NCBI GenBank assembly: GCA_020348445.1
Contig: CP070751.1
Coordinates: 4,000,662-4,064,661, forward strand
Length of the DNA stretch: 64,000 nucleotides
Direction of reading: 5' to 3'
Source: Thermoplasmata archaeon
Lineage (GTDB): Archaea > Thermoplasmatota > Thermoplasmata > GCA-020350865
Shown here: positions 49,813-59,000 of the stretch, piece by piece
Numbering within the stretch: position 1 is the first letter of the stretch
Layout of the letters: every line of letters begins with the position of its first letter
The notes under the pieces: generated by a model
What the model saw: the letters and a program-made list of their open reading frames with translations, nothing else
Told to the model about the DNA's origin: nothing
Database searches by the model: none
Program-made: the position numbers and the translations under genes

Positions 49813-50694
49813 TTATCTAGCAGAAGCAGCGATTCGTTCCATTTCCTCCTTCTTCGAGATGGCAAAGCTGTTCATGTCAGCCTTGGAAGCAAGGATTATC
49901 TCCTCAGCCAAACACACTTCCATACGTTTTTTATTTTTATGAGAGGAATTCACGGCACCTTTGCAAATGTTCCTTAAAGCAACATCCAATCTATGCGAGG
50001 AGGATGTGTCAACGGCCTTGGGTACTGAGATGCCCCCGAACCGAAGTCTTGTGATCTCTTCCTTTGGAGAGGAGTTTTGAAGGGCGTGTATGAGCACCTG
50101 GACTGGATTCTGCTTTGTTCTTTTCGCGATGATGTCAAAGGCATTTCTCACAGTCCGATAGGCAAATGATTTTTTACCTGTTGTATGCTCAGTCCTCATC
50201 ATGTTGTTTATCAGCCTCTCCACAACGTTTACCTTTTGCTTTCCAAACCATTTGTTTGCATGCCTCGCACCTGTATGAGGGATTCCAATAGGTGTTAGAT
50301 TGACATACCGCTTCAGTCCAGGATCATCGACAACCACATCATTTAAATTGTATTTATCGAATATGAGGGGTGCTAAACCAGGAACAAGCTCCTTACCTGT
50401 GTCCTTCTTTAATTCATTCTTTTTGGGCTTTTTCTTCTGCTCCTTTCCTTCTTCTGTCTCTTTTTCCTTTGTCTTTTTCTCCAAAGGTGTCTTTGTTGTC
50501 TCCTTCTTTATCTCTTCCTCGACTTTAACAGGTTCCTTTGGGATCTCTTTTGTTTTTTGCTCTACAATGCTCTCTTGAGGTTTTTCTTGTGTCTTGTCAG
50601 TTTCTTTTTCATCACTTTTTTCAGGTTCTTGGCTTTTTTCTTCCTCTTTCTTTTGGGTAATTTCTTTTTCGATTTTTTCATCCGATTGTTCCAT
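49813..50694 (-). CDS. rps7: 30S ribosomal protein S7 with long E/K-rich N-terminal extension
   Basis: Core LIFDKY...VERLINNMMR...NPVQVL..A..N..PKEE..R...AVD.SS..R.D.AL...KEE.ERIA.SAR. Confidence 0.97.
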   Translation of the reverse strand: MEQSDEKIEKEITQKKEEEKSQEPEKSDEKETDKTQEKPQESIVEQKTKEIPKEPVKVEEEIKKETTKTPLEKKTKEKETEEGKEQKKKPKKNELKKDTGKELVPGLAPLIFDKYNLNDVVVDDPGLKRYVNLTPIGIPHTGARHANKWFGKQKVNVVERLINNMMRTEHTTGKKSFAYRTVRNAFDIIAKRTKQNPVQVLIHALQNSSPKEEITRLRFGGISVPKAVDTSSSHRLDVALRNICKGAVNSSHKNKKRMEVCLAEEIILASKADMNSFAISKKEEMERIAASAR

Positions 50695-50743
50695 TTTTTC
50701 CCCTTCATCATTATCTTATAAAAAATTTATTCTTAGGTCATGA

Positions 50744-51172
50744 TCATCTAACGGGCTTCTCCTTTCTTCCGCTTACCAGTTCATTTAGTGAGATGTTGTT
50801 AACCTGGATTACTTTCAACCTCACACCAGGAATGTCGCCATAAGAGCGCCCCATCCTACCCCCGATTCCTTCCACCAAAACCTCGTCATGCTCATCAATG
50901 TAATTTATAGCTCCGTCTCCAACTGCAAAGGCGGTTATCTGCCTTCCGTTTTTAATAAGCTGCACCTTAACACATTTTCTGATGGCGGAGTTGGGCTGCT
51001 TTGCCTCGATCCCCACCTTCTCGAGAACGATTCCTCTAGCCTGTGCCGAGCCTTCCAATGGGTCGGATTTTTCTTTTAGGCGAAGCATTCTTTTTTTGTA
51101 ATATCTATCATTCCATCTGAATTTCTTTCTGTTCTTTCTCAGCTTTCGAGCCGTGTTGAGGCCTCTTGGCAG
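50744..51172 (-). CDS. rps12: 30S ribosomal protein S12 (probable CTG start at 51172)
   Basis: [32 protein letters not shown]; GGAGGT RBS 7 nt before CTG. Confidence 0.97.
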   Translation of the reverse strand: MPRGLNTARKLRKNRKKFRWNDRYYKKRMLRLKEKSDPLEGSAQARGIVLEKVGIEAKQPNSAIRKCVKVQLIKNGRQITAFAVGDGAINYIDEHDEVLVEGIGGRMGRSYGDIPGVRLKVIQVNNISLNELVSGRKEKPVR

Positions 51173-51352
51173 ATTCTCAACCTCCGCTTTAATATACTCA
51201 ATTATCGAGGGCTTATTTATCAATGGATGTCACAAATAAAGACATCCAAATAAGGTAGGAAAGCGGTTATTGTCGTTCTCATATATATTGTTTATTGACG
51301 AATCTAAAGGAAAAAAGGAGAAATTTCGCGTTAGAATCCATTTTCCCTGGAT

Positions 51353-52354
51353 TTAGAAATCAAAGACATAAGTTGCTGTAAAGAATACCTGTAAGGCCAT
51401 TAACATAAGATACATGTTCACCCACACTATTGTATTCTCAAATATTTTTTCCTCTTTTGTAGCAACGGTCTGCATTAAAAGTGCTGTTACAACACCCCAG
51501 ACTACCATGAGCATCAGCCAAAGCATCCTCAACTCCAAGACTCCCGACATAACGCCAGCTAGTATTAGAATAAAGGGTAAGACGAAGAACGGCCCTGAGA
51601 TGACTGCAGCTTTCCGAACTCCATAGACAACAGGAAGGGTTCTCATTCCATGGACTTTATCACCTTTTATATCTGTGAAATCCTTTGATGTTATAGCGCC
51701 GATTAAGAATATCATCATAACACCGCCAATGATCCACGGTGTAAAATCTGAAAATGGATCCCCAAAAATCGCCCATGCAGCAACAAAGCCCAACATTCCT
51801 CTGGCAAAAGCTATGGTAAGATTAGAGAACCACAATCTCTTCTTCAGCCTCAGAGGTGGTGTGGAATACGCTATGGTGATGAGCATGATAATCATTACAA
51901 AAAAACCGAAGGTCCTATTCACCAATACAGCCCTGAATAATACTACTGGATAGAGAATCCAGGCAATGGTACGGGCCTCATCCTTCGTGATAATACCTGA
52001 GGGTATGGGGCGATAGGGTTTGTTTATTTTGTCTATCTCGACATCATAGGACGCATTTAATGCATTGCTTGCTGCATTCAACAAGACCAGTGTACTTGCT
52101 CCTATGAGAAGTTCCAGGAAACCATGGTGGTACTGTAAAAACGGGAAATGATGATCGAAATAAAGGAAAGGCAGATCATTTTCTGGAAAAGGATTCTTTG
52201 AAGCCCATCCCATCAATCCAATGCAAATACCACCGATAAGGGGTGCAAGAAGTGTGAACGGCCGAAAAAGATCGATAAAGCCCCTGACCTTCTTCGGCAT
52301 GACCATGGCTTTGTCCCATGATTCTTTACCCCAGATTCTGACCATCCTAATCAA
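51353..52354 (-). CDS. UbiA-family prenyltransferase (DGGGP-synthase-like)
   Basis: N..N..YD.EIDKINKP.RP.PSG and K.F.DI.GD...G..TL motifs; multiple TM helices; start uncertain. Confidence 0.9.
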   Translation of the reverse strand: MIRMVRIWGKESWDKAMVMPKKVRGFIDLFRPFTLLAPLIGGICIGLMGWASKNPFPENDLPFLYFDHHFPFLQYHHGFLELLIGASTLVLLNAASNALNASYDVEIDKINKPYRPIPSGIITKDEARTIAWILYPVVLFRAVLVNRTFGFFVMIIMLITIAYSTPPLRLKKRLWFSNLTIAFARGMLGFVAAWAIFGDPFSDFTPWIIGGVMMIFLIGAITSKDFTDIKGDKVHGMRTLPVVYGVRKAAVISGPFFVLPFILILAGVMSGVLELRMLWLMLMVVWGVVTALLMQTVATKEEKIFENTIVWVNMYLMLMALQVFFTATYVFDF

Positions 52355-52644
52355 CCCAAGGCCATATCAAACTGGTTTTCTTGTGGTCTACACATAATAA
52401 GTCATTGTATATAGACATATTGATATAAATGCCCTATTGTTTTCAAATCCCCCACTTCCCATCCATTCAATCCCTCCTACCTTTCCCCCTCCGTCGTGTC
52501 CTATTCAATTCACTATATAATGAATTCATATGCCACTCTGTCCTTCGGTTATACTAAAAGACAATTATATCTTAAACCTCATGACTCTCACCCATTTTTA
52601 TATCCCCCATATATTTATCTGAAAGATATCTTCTAATGTCAGGA

Positions 52645-53415
52645 TCAGTCAGAGGCCAGGTCCTCCCCACCTGCAAATATCTGCTGCACCATTGAATAGA
52701 GGTCCTCCAAACCTGTCATTTCCTCTGAGGAGATGGGAATCAGCTCCTTGTACGTTCCCAGGTTCTCAAATGCACGGAACAGTTCCACACTCAGCTCTCC
52801 TTTCATGTCGGGAGTTTCGATAACAAGGGCGTCGTACAGAGCATCGGGATTTTTAGACCAGTTAAGTATTTGCTCCAATTGCTCCTCTTCCAGAAGATCG
52901 ATTTTACTGAGGACATTGATCGTAGGTATGTAGAACCTAAACTGGGTTGTGGAACCAAGAAGTATCTGCGAAACGAAATTTGAGGGGGTGGTGGACAGCA
53001 TGGGATCGAAAAGGAACACAATGACTGATTTCTCCTCATTTAGGGTTTTGATTATAATCTTGCTGCACTCCCTGAATGTGAACAATTCCATCTGCCCTGG
53101 AGTATCCACAAGACAGTAATCTGATTCCATCTCATTTACGAGTTCCCTTATCTCTCCAGCTCTTAAAGCTATCATGTCCGCTGCCACGATTTGAGCTCCG
53201 TTGGGTCCCAGTCCGTACTCCTCCATTATATCTGAGAGAGTAAACCAATCTCTGACATCGATGTCTGCAGGATAAGGTATGCGCTCCACACCAGGATCTA
53301 GGTTTATGGTTGTGGCGTTGTAACCCATCTTGTCCATCCAGACCTTAAAACTTTGGGTTAGTGTGCTCTTTCCAGAACCTGCACAGCCTGTGAAATAGAG
53401 AAAAACACCTTCCAT
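52645..53415 (-). CDS. GPN-loop GTPase
   Basis: GCAGSGKST, NLDPG, LGPNG, DTPGQMELF, KIDLL. Confidence 0.96.
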   Translation of the reverse strand: MEGVFLYFTGCAGSGKSTLTQSFKVWMDKMGYNATTINLDPGVERIPYPADIDVRDWFTLSDIMEEYGLGPNGAQIVAADMIALRAGEIRELVNEMESDYCLVDTPGQMELFTFRECSKIIIKTLNEEKSVIVFLFDPMLSTTPSNFVSQILLGSTTQFRFYIPTINVLSKIDLLEEEQLEQILNWSKNPDALYDALVIETPDMKGELSVELFRAFENLGTYKELIPISSEEMTGLEDLYSMVQQIFAGGEDLASD

Positions 53416-53479
53416 TTATAAACACCTCTTGTATACTGCAATATTAAAGGGTATGCCCGAGCCCTTTCAATAACTTTTG

Positions 53480-54586
53480 CTATACTTCTTCTGTATCTTT
53501 CTTTTTAACCGCAGCTAGCAGGAAAAGGAAAATTACCAATGCACATCCGCACATTACAGCTGCAAGCATTATATTGGCCAGTCGTCCGAATTGCCATGCC
53601 ACGACACCCCCCATCAATGATCCGAGAATAGACGATATACTCAATGTTGACCCAAGTATGCCTGCTGATGTTGCTTTTTCGATGTTCCTTTCCATCACGA
53701 ATTTCAAGGAGCCCACATAGAGAAATCCCCAGGCAACTGATATGAGAACCCAGGGGATCACAACCTGCCAGAAACTTGTCACGAAAACGAGGGTGGAAAA
53801 GGATATCAGGGAGATTATAAGTCCAACCACTATCAATTTCGTGCTCTTGAACCGATCCACACTCTGCATCGTGAAAAACTGTCCAATAGGATTTAATGCA
53901 TATAAGATCGCTATCCAGAACTTGCTTCCACCGAGATCCTCGTAAAGGAAAAGGGGAAAGATGACCCAAACTGTGCATGCTCCAGTATGACGCACCAGCA
54001 TGGTAAGATAGGCCGGCAAGCTCTTTTTTATCACATCCTTTGGAAACAAAGGTACTGTTATTTTCACTTCGTTCTTGAAAGAGATTAAGAAGGAGAAGAG
54101 AAAGCACAAAAAGAACATAAGAGAGCTAAAGAAAAATATCTGCCAGTATATCGATAAAATCCCTGCAATGAGAATACCAAATCCCCAGCCAAATGAGCCG
54201 AAGGAGGCGAACTTGCCTATTTTCTCCTCTTTTGACTGGTACGCCTTTGCAAGCAGTGCAGCAGGGTATATTCCAGCGCAGAAACCCACCAATATTCTTG
54301 ATACGGCGAGAGTCCATACAGAATCGGCCATAATCTGGGCAAGACATGCAAATCCTGATAATACCAGACCCAGTTGGAGGAACCTCTTTTTCCCGTAGAC
54401 ATCAGAAGCCCGCCCAAAAGTATAGGATGAGACAAATAGTGCAAATGCATAGGATGCCACTATGAGTCCCACCTGAAAATCTGAAGCAGAAAGCTCTCCT
54501 GCTAAAATGGGAATAAAAAGTGCGGAGGCGAAAAGAGCTGAATTGGAGAAGAACTGGATTGGGATGAGTCTTATAAGATCCTTCAT
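53480..54586 (-). CDS. MFS transporter
   Basis: Motif A FGRASDVYGKKR; about 12 hydrophobic segments. Confidence 0.93.
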   Translation of the reverse strand: MKDLIRLIPIQFFSNSALFASALFIPILAGELSASDFQVGLIVASYAFALFVSSYTFGRASDVYGKKRFLQLGLVLSGFACLAQIMADSVWTLAVSRILVGFCAGIYPAALLAKAYQSKEEKIGKFASFGSFGWGFGILIAGILSIYWQIFFFSSLMFFLCFLFSFLISFKNEVKITVPLFPKDVIKKSLPAYLTMLVRHTGACTVWVIFPLFLYEDLGGSKFWIAILYALNPIGQFFTMQSVDRFKSTKLIVVGLIISLISFSTLVFVTSFWQVVIPWVLISVAWGFLYVGSLKFVMERNIEKATSAGILGSTLSISSILGSLMGGVVAWQFGRLANIMLAAVMCGCALVIFLFLLAAVKKKDTEEV

Positions 54587-54681
54587 CTTGGATTCCCCTT
54601 GGACTTGAATGTTGTGAAAATTTCTTGCTGCTCACCCCATCCTCAAAAACCATGGCTCAAATTGTGAAAGGGACGTGGGAA

Positions 54682-54915
54682 TCATTCCCAGGCCAGTCTG
54701 TCAAGATCCCTTTCCTTCTTCGTCTTCTTCTTGAACTCTTTGTAGTGTTTTTTGCAAAGATGAGTGCGCTTTCCCTCCCCTGTACGCAGACTGAGGTCTG
54801 TAAGTGCCTGTTTCACCTTCTTTGTGGACAACGATTTATGGCCCTTTTCCTTACAGTCTGAAATGCCGCAAACATCCCCACTTGCGCCTCTTGGTTTATG
54901 TTTCATGGCCATATA
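54682..54915 (-). CDS. Small basic putative Zn-binding protein
   Basis: C..SDC and HLCKKHYKEFKK; exact start uncertain. Confidence 0.65.
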   Translation of the reverse strand, partial: YMAMKHKPRGASGDVCGISDCKEKGHKSLSTKKVKQALTDLSLRTGEGKRTHLCKKHYKEFKKKTKKERDLDRLAWE

Positions 54916-55057
54916 CATCATCCTTCTCTGGTGTGGAATAACGTATTGATATTAATAATTGTCGAAGCATGTAAGTGGATGGTAAGAGGGCCTTATGTCC
55001 TTCATATGAAAATTAACGATCGTAAACTTCTATCCTTATAGTTAATTTACATGCGCC

Positions 55058-55094
55058 GTGCAATTGACTTAAGTTAACATAATCTCAATTGCAC
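55058..55094. promoter_or_regulatory. Perfect 10-bp inverted repeat (operator candidate)
   Basis: GTGCAATTGA-N17-TCAATTGCAC in the divergent intergenic region upstream of 55252. Confidence 0.5.
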
Positions 55095-55251
55095 TTAAAC
55101 CCGACACTTTTGTTTACATAATTAATTATGGAATTTATAGGTAAAACATAAAAAATATCAATTATTCCTAGTTCCTGAAATTGTATCTTTTGGAGAAAAT
55201 TATTAATAATAAACAACATATACAATTTCATTAGGAACTCGAGGTTCGGCA

Positions 55252-55470
55252 ATGACTGAAGGAGAACAAACTGAAACTGAAAAAAATTTCGGATGGTTTA
55301 CCCAAGCAAATATTAGGGGCTGTGAGGGACAATGGGTCGCTATAGTGGATGGTAAAATGTTGGGTCCCAATAAAAAGATAGAGCCATTATTAAAAGAAGC
55401 AGAAAAGAAGTATCCAAAAAAAATCCCTTTGGTTGTCAAAGTGCCAACTGAAGAACCTCTGGTTGCGTGA
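55252..55470 (+). CDS. DUF5678-like small protein
   Basis: N.GWF......EGQWVAIVDGK......L.KEA..KYP...PL..KVP pattern. Confidence 0.8.
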   Translation: MTEGEQTETEKNFGWFTQANIRGCEGQWVAIVDGKMLGPNKKIEPLLKEAEKKYPKKIPLVVKVPTEEPLVA

Positions 55471-55474
55471 CCAC

Positions 55475-55918
55475 ATGGTTCTCTCCTATTCTTATTTTCC
55501 AAGCAGACCCCTTCCAAGACCGATCATACCCGTTAGATTAAGATACAATGATAAATTGTTGGATGTCGGTATGTTATTGGACTCAGGTTCTGATTTTTCA
55601 ATGATCCCGGTTAGTATCTCGGAGGCACTAGGGATAAATATCAAAAGGCTTAAAAAAACAAAAACAATTGGTATCGGCGGAATTCCAATAGAAGTCAAGA
55701 TGTCAGAATTGGGATTGATTTTAAAACGGGGTAGGGAAGAATATGACTTATCCATGCCAGTTCAAATCAATTTAAATCCTGATGTGATCCCGTTATTAGG
55801 GCGAACTCCATTGTTTGATGAATTCGATGTGACATTTAGGCAATGGAAGAATCAAATAAATCTAAAAAAGATGACAGAGAAGGATAAAGTTAAAAGGAGA
55901 AAACGAGTCGGAAAATAG
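55475..55918 (+). CDS. Retropepsin-like single-domain aspartyl protease
   Basis: RPIIPV.L, LLDSGSDFSMIP, A..LG, IGIGG, LLGR..LF..F.V.F; ATG 55475. Confidence 0.88.
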   Translation: MVLSYSYFPSRPLPRPIIPVRLRYNDKLLDVGMLLDSGSDFSMIPVSISEALGINIKRLKKTKTIGIGGIPIEVKMSELGLILKRGREEYDLSMPVQINLNPDVIPLLGRTPLFDEFDVTFRQWKNQINLKKMTEKDKVKRRKRVGK

Positions 55919-56012
55919 CGAGCCATTTTTATTCATTCCACAAACAAAATTAAAAACAAAACCAAGTTATCTCGCCATATCCAATGCTTTTATAATTTGT
56001 AATATGGATTTT

Positions 56013-59000
56013 CTACACTACAATAGAATCAGTCCCTTCCCCAATTCCTAACCTGATATTATCATCATCCTTCACGACTAAAGTCACAGTCCCCGGCCCC
56101 TCATAAACCAAAGTTGTGGTGTCCATTATATCCACTGGATTGACTTCCGGAGATGGATACGGGTCTGGATTAGGTGGATTGTTCAGATAAGTAACAGTCT
56201 TTACCTGAGAACCATAGGTGAAGGTTAGAGTTTCATCATCACTCCCTGGATCTGTGATATGAGAGGTTATTTCGAAGGGAAGCCCGACAAAATAACTATT
56301 CAAATCCACTTCCCAAGGCTCTACATGGATCCAATGCTCACTGTCTCGTTTCTTGGATTGCTGGACATTGAAAGTATGGTGTATCTTTTTGATGCTTCCA
56401 TTCTGGGATTTAAGGTATATCCAAACCGGATTAGCCCCTACATTTGGTGGGTCTTCTGGGGTGTAGAATACAGTAGCGTTATAGGAACTTGAAAAGTTGA
56501 TACTAACAGGAATCCAGGCCATTTGCTCGTCTGGGGAACCAGGTTGACGCTCGATGGAGACATAACCCAGGAGGTTACCTTCTTCATATAATGCCATGCT
56601 GACATTGTTGTATTTTCTGCCTGCAACTCTTAATCCGATTTCTACATTCATCAGTGCGGATACGATTGTTGCAGTTGGATTAACATTTAGAACAGTTACA
56701 TTGCAGGTGTCTGTATCAGTAAGATTATACTCATCGGTTATTCTTAAGGTGACCGTGTAAATGCCATCATCACCATAGATGTGTGTTGTCTTACCGTCGA
56801 ATAAACCATCGGGAGCATTACCTAGAGTTTCTTGATAATCATAGATTCCATCAGAATCAAAGTCCCACTCATAGGAGATTATTTGCGCCCCATCGCCTAA
56901 ATATTTCGCATATTTGAGATGACACCTAGGTCCTGATCCATTATAATAACTAATGTGTGGATTTCCTTTGCTATCTAGTGCAATTGAGGTAAAATAGCCA
57001 ACATTACCCGCACTATCCACAATATCAATGTCCCAAACACCCCCTGTCCATTTAGCATATTTAAGATCTAAATTGGTCTCATCATAATAGCTTATGTGAG
57101 CATGGTTACTGTCGTCGAGAGCTATCGAAGTCCAGTGCCCAACGTTCCCTAGGTTGTCCACGGTCTCAATGTTCCAATTGCTGCCAATCCATTTCGCATA
57201 CTTGAGTTCTTGGTTAGAACTATCGTAATAACTTATATGTGGATTCTCGTTCGTGTCGAGCGCTATTGAGGTGTATTTACCAACATCATCTCCGCTGTCC
57301 ACAGTCTCGATTTTCCATACACTTCCGGACCATTTCGCATACTTGAGATCTCCGTTAGTTTTATCATAATAACATATATGTGGATAACCATCACTATTGA
57401 GTGTTATAGATGTGTACCATCCGACATTACCAGCTCTGTCTACAGTCTCTAAATTCCAACTATTCCCATTCCATCTCGCATATTTGAGAGTACCGTCTGC
57501 GTAATAGCTTATATGAACATTATCACTACTATCAACTCCTATTGACGTCCATGTACCAATCATACCAGAAGGAGCAATGTCTATAGTTTCTATTGTCCAA
57601 CCACTCTCATCACATTTTGCATATTTGAGGTCATGGTTTTGCCAATCTTGATAACTTATATGTGCATACCAGTTACTATCGAGGGCTATTGATGTATACC
57701 ATCCAACACCACGAGTATTATCCACGATTTCAATGTTCCAATCACATCCCGTCCATCTTGCATAACAGAGATTTTTAGAAGTTATGTCTAAATAGCTAAT
57801 ATGTGCATAATCCAAGCTGTCTAGAGCCAAAGAGGCGTAACGTCCAACATCATTATAAGAATCTATAATACTTATTTCCCAGGGGAGATTGATATTGTAG
57901 TTTCCACCTCCCTCTAGGTGAACAACATCACCCTCATCAACAGTTTGATCTTCTCCCGCATCCGCAACCGGTGGTATTACAGCAGGTAAAACTGTGATTA
58001 TGCAGGTATCTGAATCAGTGGCATTGTCATCATCTGTAATGGTAAGAGTAACAGTGTAGTTACCGGGAGTGCTGTAGATATGTGTGAGGGTAACTCCATG
58101 TTCAGTTGGTGATCCGTCACCAAAATCCCATTCATAAGAAATGATATCATTTACTCTCCTTGCATATTTGAGAGCAGTATTACTCCAATCGTGATAGCTT
58201 ATATGTGGCTCACCAAGATCATCCAAATACATGGACAACCATCCCCCTACACCACCATCACTCTCGACAGTTTCTATATTCCACGTACTGCCGTCCCAAT
58301 TTGCATATCTAACGTCATGATTTGGATGTGCATCATGGTAAGCGATATGAGGATAATCGTTGGAACCCAATGCAAGGGATGTGTAGCCATACCACAAACC
58401 AGTATTATTCACTTCCTCGACAATCCAATCACTTCCATCCCATTTCGCATATTTTAGAAAACCATTGGCATGTATGTATGATATGTGGGGATAGTAATTG
58501 GAATCGAGTTCAATTGATGTAGACGCCATTACCATCAATATATTGATATCAATAGATTCCAAAATCCAATCAGCGCCATCCCATCTTGCGTACTTAAGAA
58601 ATCGGTTAGTGTCATCATAATAACTGATATGAGCTCTGTCGTTGTTATCCAGCACAAGAGAATTATACATACCAACATTTCCAGAACTGTCAACTGTACT
58701 TATGTTCCAATTGATTCCATTCCATTTGGCATACTTTAGATCTGAATTCGTATTATCGAAATAACTTATATGCGGATAGTCGCTGCTGTCGAGGGCTAAT
58801 GAAGTGTGATGGCCAACGTCCCCAGCACTATCCACGATCTCAATGGCCCAGTCACTTCCGGTCCATCGGGCATATTTAAGATCATGGTTGGGTGTGGAAT
58901 CGAAATAACTGATGTGCGGATAACCCATTCTGTCCAAGGCGATAGATGGAGACCATCCCACTGAACCAGGACCGTCCACTGTTTCAATTTGCCAAGAACT

